Source: a virus. From it: 64,000 bases of DNA. Positions 38,734 to 46,980 of the stretch are shown piece by piece. Numbering within the stretch: the first letter of the stretch is position 1; each line of letters begins with the position of its first letter. The position numbers and the translations under genes were made by a program. Where the stretch lies: the IMG/VR virus record IMGVR_UViG_3300032285_001316, positions 1 through 64,000 of that record; one strand, given 5' to 3'. The notes under the pieces were generated by a model. The model did no database searches. It was not told where the DNA came from and was given only the letters and a program-made list of their open reading frames with translations.

Positions 38734-38935
38734 CACAAGCCGTTCAATGAACGAAAGCCTTGCTGAAGGAGCAACCGACGGTAAGTACCGTAAGGCGCGC
38801 CCAGATACTGAGGTCCTCGACATCGCAGGTCACGAAAAGACCATGGACAACCGTCAGACACTGCACCCATTTGCAGGTTACGGTTTCTCCACATCTGAAG
38901 CTCCTGCAGAAGCACGCGTAAACCCAGGCAAGTAA
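38723..38935 (+). CDS. Hypothetical small protein
   Basis: SD AAGGA. Confidence 0.6.
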   Translation: MAVNTSRSMNESLAEGATDGKYRKARPDTEVLDIAGHEKTMDNRQTLHPFAGYGFSTSEAPAEARVNPGK

Positions 38936-39129
38936 TGTCTGCCCCAATGCCGCAGCCTCCTAAACCTGGGTTGCCAGTAAAAAACGCAACGCAGTTTCCC
39001 GTATCATCCCCCTCACAGGCCATGGGAGCTGCCAAACAGCGGTTACTTTCGCACATTCGCACAACCGCCGCGTTGAAAAAACTGTAGGAACATAGTAGAC
39101 TAATCCGTAACACTAATTAGGAGCATTAC

Positions 39130-39699
39130 ATGTCGAAGTTGGTCGACCCAACGGGTAAGCCACTCATCGGATCCAAAGAGATCGATGGACCAGTTATCCG
39201 TTTGCTGCGTTGTTTTGTATGCGAATCGTGGGAAGAGCTGCCCGATTATGAGGGCCCATCCAACAAGGATTACCTGTTGGAGATTACCCTAGAGAAGCAC
39301 GTGTTTCCATCGGGGGACCCACACGTAGGAAAGCTGTTCAAAGTACCCGTTAAGACGTGGGCAAACGCCGAACAGCGCAAAGCAGTCCTAGACAATTTGG
39401 GTTCAGGGTCACGTGGTCTGGATGATCTGGACCCAGAGAAGTCGTTTTACGACACCAAGATGACGTTTGCCGCAGATGCAATGACGTGTTGGAAGCAGCA
39501 CAACAGCCCCAAGCAGGATTGCAGCGATTACCAAAAGGATTCCAAGCGCCTGTTGCCTAACACGGCAAAGGAGCGTGCAGACCTAAACCTGCCCAAGCCA
39601 GAGCATCTGGATGGCCCAAAGATTTATACATGCAATTTCTGTCCCGTTCACTCAATGGTCCTGCAGCGCAAACGTGCGTTTCTGGGCATGTACGATTAA
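39130..39699 (+). CDS. Hypothetical Cys/His-rich protein
   Basis: CFVC, CW..H..C, CNFCPVH; SD GGAG. Confidence 0.7.
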   Translation: MSKLVDPTGKPLIGSKEIDGPVIRLLRCFVCESWEELPDYEGPSNKDYLLEITLEKHVFPSGDPHVGKLFKVPVKTWANAEQRKAVLDNLGSGSRGLDDLDPEKSFYDTKMTFAADAMTCWKQHNSPKQDCSDYQKDSKRLLPNTAKERADLNLPKPEHLDGPKIYTCNFCPVHSMVLQRKRAFLGMYD

Positions 39700-39713
39700 T
39701 AAGGAAAAACACA

Positions 39714-40019
39714 ATGGAAGACAACAAGGTAGTAGAGACGGTTTACACCGTTACCATTTTCACCGATGGCACATTTTCGGCAGCACTAGAGCAGCCCGAA
39801 GCACCCGTCGAGGTTCAGCGTACCGCAACAGTGTACGATGTCCTGAGCATTTCGCAGGCACTGGCAAAGGAAATTGAGCACTCACAGCTGACCGACCGCA
39901 TCATCATGTCGCTGGTTCAGGTACTGCAGGCAATGGCCCCCCAGACACCCGCAGAGACCGTAAAGGACGCCCTAAAGGAGCGCGGTATTGACCCAGAAAG
40001 CACCGCAGCAGCCAACTAA
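39714..40019 (+). CDS. Hypothetical protein
   Basis: SD AAGGA. Confidence 0.65.
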   Translation: MEDNKVVETVYTVTIFTDGTFSAALEQPEAPVEVQRTATVYDVLSISQALAKEIEHSQLTDRIIMSLVQVLQAMAPQTPAETVKDALKERGIDPESTAAAN

Positions 40020-40028
40020 ACTGGGTAT

Positions 40029-40913
40029 ATGAGTTATTTTGGCGAAGAACCCACGAGTTATTTCAGTGCACCCGCAAACACACTAGATCCAAAACTGTTT
40101 GAGGGACGCACACTGCGTTCGTGGGCACGCCAAGGAATCCTGTCATTACTGATGGATTTCCTAAACCTGCACTACCGTCACCCAGAGCTGTGGGCACAGC
40201 CCTGGTTGGCGGGGTCAGGTGTCTCATACCAATGGAGCGCCGCCAGAGAGCCAGGAGACCTGGATTGTTTGGTAGGCGTTGATTTCGTTCAGTTCCGTAA
40301 GGCAAACCCAGAGTTTGCAGGATTGCTGGACAAAGAAATCGCCGCAATGCTAAACGAAGAGTTCCACGAAAACCTTCAGTTGCAGACAAGTAACTGGAAC
40401 GGTTACGAGCTGACGTTTTATGTTAATCCTTCAGCCACAGACATCAGGGCAATTAAGCCATACGCAGCGTACAACCTGAAGCACGATGACTGGACAGTAA
40501 GCCCAGACCCAAATGCACACCCAGTAGAAAACGCTGAATGGGACCGCATCGTTCAGAGTGACGCAGAAGCAGCCAATCAGTTCCACACGCAGTTTACAGG
40601 AGCATTACAGGACATTCAGGGGTCTAGGAACAGCCCCATGCAGCGTAATGCGGAAAATAAGCTGACAATGATTGCCGCCAGTGCCAATGCGTTGTACAAC
40701 ATGATTCATGAGAATCGTTCAATGGCGTTTTCCGCAACAGGTGAGGGGTACAACGATTTCCACAACTACCGTTGGCAGGCAGGAAAGCGTTACGGAACCA
40801 TCCAAAAGCTGCGTGGTATCCGCGAATACATGAAGAATAACCTGTCCTACGGCGTAGAGATGCCTGATGCGGACACAATGATTCGTCGTGCAGCGACGTA
40901 TAGGAACATTTAG
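40029..40913 (+). CDS. Pol-beta-superfamily nucleotidyltransferase
   Basis: hG[S] motif LAGSGVSYQW followed by DLDC (DxD) and a third acidic residue in YELTFYV; leaderless (TAAACT-6nt-ATG). Confidence 0.75.
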   Translation: MSYFGEEPTSYFSAPANTLDPKLFEGRTLRSWARQGILSLLMDFLNLHYRHPELWAQPWLAGSGVSYQWSAAREPGDLDCLVGVDFVQFRKANPEFAGLLDKEIAAMLNEEFHENLQLQTSNWNGYELTFYVNPSATDIRAIKPYAAYNLKHDDWTVSPDPNAHPVENAEWDRIVQSDAEAANQFHTQFTGALQDIQGSRNSPMQRNAENKLTMIAASANALYNMIHENRSMAFSATGEGYNDFHNYRWQAGKRYGTIQKLRGIREYMKNNLSYGVEMPDADTMIRRAATYRNI

Positions 40914-41023
40914 TGTCCATTACCGACTACTGTCATTGGTGCGGACACGAATTACTGAAGGGTATCTGCACCGAGGATTATTGCAAGTGTGATTGCAATG
41001 GAGCTGACGACGAGGATTATTAA
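40913..41023 (+). CDS. Tiny Cys-rich peptide (36 aa)
   Basis: GTG start overlapping the previous stop; CHWC..C....C.C.C. Confidence 0.45.
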   Translation: MSITDYCHWCGHELLKGICTEDYCKCDCNGADDEDY

Positions 41024-41025
41024 TA

Positions 41026-41514
41026 GTGCATGTACTGGTGGATTTAGATGGTGTACTGCGAGGCGGTGACAAAGATCAACCGATTTCGCAAGGAATTATT
41101 ATGGTTGGATCGCTGAGTGCGTGGAACCAAATCACGCTGATGTCGCCGTTAAACGCGAAGCAGACACAACAGTGGTTGGATGTAAATAAGATTGTTGAGT
41201 TCGACCGTATTATCGACAGTTCAGTAGGACTGGTTGATGAGTCGTTGGCAGAACGTCAGATTAGGTTTGCACGTTCCGTTGGTCCTGTAGACCTGTTTAT
41301 TACCAACAGCCCCACGAGCTGGGCATTTGCGTTCAATCAGGGAATTGCATGCGTGATGTTTGGAGTCCCCTCCTACACACGCCCAGAGTTTAGGCCAGAT
41401 GCGCCCCGCAGAGTACGCGCATGGAGCGATATTGAGCAGGCCATTGAGGAGCAAAATGCGTTAAGGACGCAAGATGCCCGCCTGACACGAACAGAGGGGC
41501 TGATGTTCGAGTGA
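41026..41514 (+). CDS. HAD-superfamily protein
   Basis: N-terminal VLVDLDGVL (DxDG). Confidence 0.7.
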   Translation: MHVLVDLDGVLRGGDKDQPISQGIIMVGSLSAWNQITLMSPLNAKQTQQWLDVNKIVEFDRIIDSSVGLVDESLAERQIRFARSVGPVDLFITNSPTSWAFAFNQGIACVMFGVPSYTRPEFRPDAPRRVRAWSDIEQAIEEQNALRTQDARLTRTEGLMFE

Positions 41515-42998
41515 CCGACGTTATATTTGGTGGCGTAGAGATTCCGTCAAACCGCACATTACTAGAAGCCAGTGGAGTAACCAATGTGTTGCTGAATTAT
41601 TGGGGACTTAGACGAAGAGGATTACCCAAGACAAAACCATACCTCATTGGGGAGCATTTTTACCCAGAGATGAAGGTATGGGTTGATAGTGGAGCAACAC
41701 AGGCAGACAAAGCAAACCTGTCAGCACGTGAGCTGGAAGAATACGCAGCAGATTACGAAGAGTTCATTGCCCTGAATTATGACCGCATTGAGGGGTTCAC
41801 AGAGTTTGATTCCCAAGTACTGGGGTTGCCAGCCATCGTGCAGAACCGTGCAGTATATGAAAACGACCCAAAACTGTGGGTTGTCTGGCACGAAGGGTAC
41901 AACGTAGCGTTATTGGAGCAGTGGGCCCAGGAATGGCAGAACATCGCCATTCCAGGCAGCGCAATCGACACGGTTACAACACTGGCCGCCATAGTCCGTA
42001 GGATTAAAGGAGCGTACGACGTACAGTTCCATGGATTGGCCGCAGCAAAACCAGATAACCTGAGATCAATACCGTTTGATACGGTGAGCACATTGTCGTG
42101 GTTGTCGCCAATGCGGCGAGGAGAGACAATCGTGTGGGACGGAAGTAAATTGGTCCGTTACCCAAAAAAAATGAAAGCCCAGGCACGATTGAGGTACAAA
42201 ACAGTCGTGGAGAAAGCTGGGCTAGATTTCAGAAAGTTCGTCGACGATGACACAAAAGAAGCCACAAAAGTCGCAATTTGGTCCTACATACAGTTAGAGA
42301 AGTCCATGTTAAACAACCAAAAGGGCCCAAAAAAGCCCGTAGTATCTGATAATAGTGATGACACCCTATACACAGGTTTGATGGAAACTGGTATAGGGGG
42401 TTCTAATAACAGTGTGTCCGAAATGCGGAAACCTGAAACCACAGAAATCATCCAAAGAGACCCTCAAGAGATAGTTTCCATGCCTGTTTTTGGGTATGAA
42501 ATGAAGACAGTTGTCGAGACAGAAGACGGTCGCGATATCCTGAAGGATGTCCCAGTTGTGCAGAGCAATTCGGGCAGTTTACGACAGTGCGATACGTGTT
42601 TTGTATCCTCAAATTGCCCCGCATTCAAGCCGTCAAATACGTGTGCGTTTAGTTTGCCAGTAGAGGTAAAGACAAAGGACCAATTAAAGGCGTTGTTGAC
42701 CACGATCGTTGAAATGCAGGGCCAAAGAGTGGCATTCATGCGTTTTCAGGAAGAGCTAAACGGTGGATACGCTGACCCAAATGTGTCACAGGAAATCGAT
42801 CGTTTGTTCAAGTTGGTGGGTAACATGAAGGACCTAGAGACCAACAAAGAGTTCGTTCAGATTACTGCCTCAAGGGAGACATCTGGAGGAGTCCTTAGTG
42901 CCATTTTTGGTGATAAAGCATCCGCTCTAAAGGAGATGCAGAAGCCCCTGGACGAGGAGCAAACCACCATCATCATTAACAACAGCCTAGAGAAGTAG
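41511..42998 (+). CDS. Fusion: divergent TGT/DpdA-like TIM-barrel domain + Cys4 and helical C-terminal domain
   Basis: WVDSGA, EFD, VWH, HGL, PFDTVSTLSW motifs in the order seen in phage TGT-like proteins; C-terminal CDTC..CP.F..C. Confidence 0.55.
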   Translation: MTDVIFGGVEIPSNRTLLEASGVTNVLLNYWGLRRRGLPKTKPYLIGEHFYPEMKVWVDSGATQADKANLSARELEEYAADYEEFIALNYDRIEGFTEFDSQVLGLPAIVQNRAVYENDPKLWVVWHEGYNVALLEQWAQEWQNIAIPGSAIDTVTTLAAIVRRIKGAYDVQFHGLAAAKPDNLRSIPFDTVSTLSWLSPMRRGETIVWDGSKLVRYPKKMKAQARLRYKTVVEKAGLDFRKFVDDDTKEATKVAIWSYIQLEKSMLNNQKGPKKPVVSDNSDDTLYTGLMETGIGGSNNSVSEMRKPETTEIIQRDPQEIVSMPVFGYEMKTVVETEDGRDILKDVPVVQSNSGSLRQCDTCFVSSNCPAFKPSNTCAFSLPVEVKTKDQLKALLTTIVEMQGQRVAFMRFQEELNGGYADPNVSQEIDRLFKLVGNMKDLETNKEFVQITASRETSGGVLSAIFGDKASALKEMQKPLDEEQTTIIINNSLEK

Positions 42999-43063
42999 TA
43001 TCTGATAGGAGCACGCGTGTAGGCATGGAACGTGTGTCCCCCGCAAATCGCGCCCAACACAAA

Positions 43064-43098
43064 CAAATGCCCCCCACCATAAAGTGAGGGGCATTTGC
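43064..43098. terminator. Stem-loop between convergent + and - transcription units
   Basis: caaatgcccc...ggggcatttg. Confidence 0.7.
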
Positions 43099-43106
43099 TA
43101 TTGGTG

Positions 43107-43382
43107 CTAGTGCGTATAGTTAATTGGCTCGAGAGGTATGTGGAACTCTCGGCGGTAATCTGCTCGCTCTGGAGCGGTCGCTCCACCCCAGATACCGTCG
43201 CGCTCATGACGTATTCCATGATCGAAACAGTTGAGCTTCTCAGAACATCCCGCACATATCTGCTTGGCTAGGACTACGCTCTCAATGTGAGAGTCGCTTC
43301 CATTAGGAAAGAAGATATCGGGAGTGTCTACTTTGGTACATGCTGCTTGGTCGTAATCGATGTTGATGCTGTATTGCGTCAT
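43107..43382 (-). CDS. whiB: WhiB-family regulator
   Basis: AAC..PDIFFP..AKQICAGC....C..GIWGG.T..ER. Confidence 0.9.
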   Translation of the reverse strand: MTQYSINIDYDQAACTKVDTPDIFFPNGSDSHIESVVLAKQICAGCSEKLNCFDHGIRHERDGIWGGATAPERADYRREFHIPLEPINYTH

Positions 43383-43636
43383 CGCTTCTTCCTTGTCTGC
43401 TTGTGCTTGATCTCGATAAAGCCATTCATGCGTAGATCCTTTCTGATCTTCATCACTACGCGCCAGTCACTAGGTGAGCTGGAAGAGTAGAACAACCCTC
43501 CATTAGGATTGGTCCACTTGAGGTGAGAGTTTTTAGTGATGGTCACTAGCCACCCTTGCCTCTCGGCATCCTTGATTAGTTCGTTGACATCTTTGTTAGT
43601 TGTGAGTCCCACAGATTCTCCTTTTGTTGTTCCCAA
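43379..43636 (-). CDS. HicA-like protein
   Basis: LIKDAERQGW.V..TKNSHLKW..P.G...SSSPSD.R; dsRBD-like HicA pattern with the conserved His. Confidence 0.65.
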   Translation of the reverse strand: MGTTKGESVGLTTNKDVNELIKDAERQGWLVTITKNSHLKWTNPNGGLFYSSSSPSDWRVVMKIRKDLRMNGFIEIKHKQTRKKR

Positions 43637-43860
43637 TCAAACATTACCTCATACGTCTGACGTATAAGCTCACTGGTCGGCATACCAAGAGCAGAGGCAA
43701 TAACCTCAACCATTTCTGATGAGGCGTCTTTCTGTCCACGTTCAACTTCGCTTAGATAGCTTAATGCGATGAACGCCTTCTTGCATACATCTCGCAAACC
43801 AAGCCCTTGCTTTAGTCGTTCGGTCCGCATGACATACCCAAGTGCTGTTTTAAATAACAT
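43576..43860 (-). CDS. XRE HTH regulator, ClgR-like
   Basis: LRDV...A.I.LSYLSEVERGQKDASSE, close to the actinobacterial ClgR HTH. Confidence 0.8.
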   Translation of the reverse strand: MLFKTALGYVMRTERLKQGLGLRDVCKKAFIALSYLSEVERGQKDASSEMVEVIASALGMPTSELIRQTYEVMFDWEQQKENLWDSQLTKMSTN

Positions 43861-43862
43861 TG

Positions 43863-44144
43863 TTACCGTCCTTCGTACTGCCACATGACTGCGTTGCACA
43901 GTGAGTGCACTGCGCCCTCAGTCATGCCTGTATCGTGATTGTGCTGTAGGTGTACGGGGTACTTAAGGAACTGAGGAGGAAATAAGTTCCAATTGACTTC
44001 CTTGTTACGTACTTCCTCTGAAGGAGACCAGTTAAGCGCTTTGCCACAGTAGTAGCACTTACCTTCTTGTAGCTTGACGTACTCTTCACGTACTTCCTTG
44101 CGTTCAAGTGTGGTTAGCTCCTCATAGTTAACAGGTAGTTCCAT
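43863..44144 (-). CDS. Endonuclease VII-like protein
   Basis: Q.GKCYYC..HLQHNHDTG...G.VH..CN. Confidence 0.7.
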   Translation of the reverse strand: MELPVNYEELTTLERKEVREEYVKLQEGKCYYCGKALNWSPSEEVRNKEVNWNLFPPQFLKYPVHLQHNHDTGMTEGAVHSLCNAVMWQYEGR

Positions 44145-44155
44145 TGTTTGCTCCT

Positions 44156-44629
44156 TTACACAGGCCAGATATATTCGTAGTCAGTTGGTTGGTAGCCTGG
44201 ATCTTCAGCCCAACCGAACTGTGAGTACCACTCGTAGTCCTTAACAAGTAGCGCCTTGCGGTGAGTACTTGCGATGCTCTCGTAGTCAGGACCAGTCATC
44301 CACAGTGGGGCAACGTCTACAAAGGTATCGTGAGACGCCTGAATAGTTGCTGTTGCCTTTTCACCGATGGTTGACTTGAAGCCACGTCGCTTCCACTCCT
44401 CCACCATCGTGACGATGTAGTTGTAAAGGACGAGCTCGTGACCGCGCCACATCTTAGCTGCGGGATGGTTGTACCAGCCCTTGGGTTCACGGTGATTACC
44501 TTGTGGGTCAAGCTTGAGGTTGGTCATAAGTATCTGCCAGCCCTCAAGTGCTTGCTTGTTAAGGCGTTTGTTGTCTAGTACTTTAGCGATGTCCGCGAAG
44601 GAACTCGTCAAAGGAACGAACGTCTGCAT
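44156..44629 (-). CDS. Pyrimidine-dimer DNA glycosylase-like (MSMEG_6728 family)
   Basis: MQTF.P..LD.KRL.KQ..E..QI..HPA..MW.G..EW..RG..SHR..L..KD. Confidence 0.8.
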   Translation of the reverse strand: MQTFVPLTSSFADIAKVLDNKRLNKQALEGWQILMTNLKLDPQGNHREPKGWYNHPAAKMWRGHELVLYNYIVTMVEEWKRRGFKSTIGEKATATIQASHDTFVDVAPLWMTGPDYESIASTHRKALLVKDYEWYSQFGWAEDPGYQPTDYEYIWPV

Positions 44630-44868
44630 ATTTTCTCACTTCCCTTTCTTCCAATAGTCCACGTACACTGACGCAGATTCCAAATACACAAAAGGACATA
44701 AGCCCGATGCTTACTGCGGTAAAGATGTCCTCAATCATTAATCGTCTCCAAACATCTCAAAAGACTTCTCTTGATAGTCGTCATACATCTCGTCACAGTA
44801 ACAGGGCGAGAATCCGCAGGTAGAACAAGGCTCGTCCTGTTCCTCTTCCTCAATCATTGTTTTCTCCT

Positions 44869-45060
44869 TTATTCGTGGCTAATGCCGTGTTCTTGATCGA
44901 TCTCAGTGTGGATGTCCCGCCTCAATCGGGGCAAGATCCATTTTTTAAATACTACGTTGTACAGCAGGGCAATAACAATACCGTCAAAGATAACTGTCCA
45001 AAATAGTTCAGCGATGATGTGATTGGGGTCAGTGGCTATGTCCCACCATGTCTCAGTCAT
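44869..45060 (-). CDS. Small membrane protein
   Basis: One TM segment. Confidence 0.55.
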   Translation of the reverse strand: MTETWWDIATDPNHIIAELFWTVIFDGIVIALLYNVVFKKWILPRLRRDIHTEIDQEHGISHE

Positions 45061-45197
45061 CTAAGTACTCCTTTAGGCACACTACACATATTGGCGTGTA
45101 GTCCCCTTTATTGGAGAACATGACTGGGATATCGGGATGTCTCTCACACATCCCCATATCCTCGTCTAGCCAGTTGTAATTTGTTTGTGTTGGACGT

Positions 45198-45581
45198 TTA
45201 CGCAGCCCCTTGATAGAACCGCGTAATGTCTCCCACACGTCGTGCACGCGCGACATCTGCATCCTCCTCTTTCTTAGTAAGGACCTTCTTACGTTTCTCC
45301 ATGGCACGGATGTGCTCTGGGATTATTGACTTGTCTCGTTCCATGATTCGGCGCTCATATTGTGTTGCGCCTCCCCAAATACCAAACTCCTCTTCGTTGG
45401 TAAGTGCGTAGTCTAAACACTGTTGCAGGATGTCACAGCGAGCACACACGTCGATTGCTTTAAGCATCTTGTGTGTCTTCTCACTTCCAGCACTAAACAC
45501 TTCAGGAAAGAATATGTCTGGGTCAGTGTTTTGACAGTTAGCCTCATCGGCATTGGGTACGTAGTTGATGAGGTTGAACAT
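45198..45581 (-). CDS. whiB: WhiB-family regulator
   Basis: ANC..TDPDIFFP..CARC....C..GIWGG.T..ER. Confidence 0.9.
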   Translation of the reverse strand: MFNLINYVPNADEANCQNTDPDIFFPEVFSAGSEKTHKMLKAIDVCARCDILQQCLDYALTNEEEFGIWGGATQYERRIMERDKSIIPEHIRAMEKRKKVLTKKEEDADVARARRVGDITRFYQGAA

Positions 45582-46169
45582 TGCATCCTCCTTAGGACTT
45601 CATCATGAGTGACTGCAGGTGTCGGTATGCTTCATAGTTACCTTGCGTCCATTCATCCATGTCCTCTCCATCAAAGCCCCACATCTCCATGTCATCTTCG
45701 ATGGCGCGTACACGATCGCAGATGTACTTGAAGATGTCCTCGTTACTCATGAGTGCCACTAGTTATCTTCTCCTATGATGTCGTGCTCAAGAGCGAACGG
45801 CTCGAGAGTGTTATAGTCATCGCCCAGCGTCATGTTGAGCGATATAAGGATGTTACCGTCAGCCTGTGACATTGCCACAGCCTCGGGAGCAAACGCGAGA
45901 ACGTGCTCCATGATGTCGCTTAGTGTTGCCTTACTCATCTGTTTCTCCTTTTATCTCATCTATCGCTCTCCACCAGTTGAAGTGCGCGATTGTTCCTGAA
46001 GGCATATTACCGAAGATTTCAGTCACGATTTCCATCGCTCGTTTTCTTTCGTCTTGTCGTGCCTTTGCTATTGCTTGCTCCTTGTTCAGTGCCATTTACT
46101 TTCTCCTTATGACAATCACACGGACACACTAGGGGTGCGTTGTTCCATTCGAACTCGTTGATACATTCG

Positions 46170-46952
46170 CTATGCTGGCTGGTTAGACACCACCCGAACT
46201 TCAGACTCATCTTCCTCCTTTGTTCCTGCGTTACGATACTCCTCTGCGTACTCTACGTCCTTGATTTCAGCAGCCTCGGGAAGGTCATACCCAGACTCGG
46301 CTGCCTTAGCTGCCTCAAGAGCATCAACCTCAGTGCGCGCTTGTACATAGTACTTGGTTACTACCTCAACTACATAAACGCTTTTGGTTTTGCCTGGGCA
46401 GTCATCGAACCAGTCGTCAGGGTCACTAGAGTTGGCGCACCAACACCCGTCTTCATCGTCACGTTTGACATAGTCTGCGTGAGATGATGGGCTGTCCCAC
46501 TCCTCCATAGAGGTAAGGATGTTAGCCTTCATCGTGTACTCTGCGCCGTACTGTTGCTCCTCTTCCCACCAGACATCGAACTCAAGAGCAGGATACTTAG
46601 CAGACATAGCTTCAATTACAGGCAGAGGGTGACTCCACGCTGTCTCAAAAGAGATGTACACGCTTGTAGGATCAACGGAGACCTCTGCGTTACAGGCATC
46701 CCATTTCGTATTCCAGTGGGCGTTGTTCCAGTCATACCAGACACCTCCTTTAGTTTCGCCAAAGGAGCTACCCTCTACAGGAGTTCCAAGGTATTCTTCC
46801 TTTGTTAGGTCAGGCGTTACAAAGGAGTGGAATGAGAATGGGGATGGTTCATTACCAGCAAGCTTAGGGGTGTCCTCAATGTGTTCTAGGAACGCTATGC
46901 GGTCATCCTCTGGCCCAGTAATGCTAATGCGGTTGTATACCCAGTTAGGCAT
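46170..46952 (-). CDS. DUF1281/YubB ferredoxin-like domain protein
   Basis: MPNW..WYDWN..HW.TKWDA..F.TAWS.P. Confidence 0.75.
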   Translation of the reverse strand: MPNWVYNRISITGPEDDRIAFLEHIEDTPKLAGNEPSPFSFHSFVTPDLTKEEYLGTPVEGSSFGETKGGVWYDWNNAHWNTKWDACNAEVSVDPTSVYISFETAWSHPLPVIEAMSAKYPALEFDVWWEEEQQYGAEYTMKANILTSMEEWDSPSSHADYVKRDDEDGCWCANSSDPDDWFDDCPGKTKSVYVVEVVTKYYVQARTEVDALEAAKAAESGYDLPEAAEIKDVEYAEEYRNAGTKEEDESEVRVVSNQPA

Positions 46953-46980
46953 GATTATTCCTTTCGTTTGTTTGTGTTGG

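Noticed and set aside
519-38823. Numerous minus-strand ORFs overlapping the + strand genes
   Set aside because: These are shadow ORFs of well-supported genes, with no SDs or recognisable motifs.
39061-43120. UV (pyrimidine dimer) avoidance or simple Leu codon bias as cause of CTY loss
   Set aside because: TT, TTT, TC and CC remain frequent, and the depletion also holds out of frame and in intergenic DNA.
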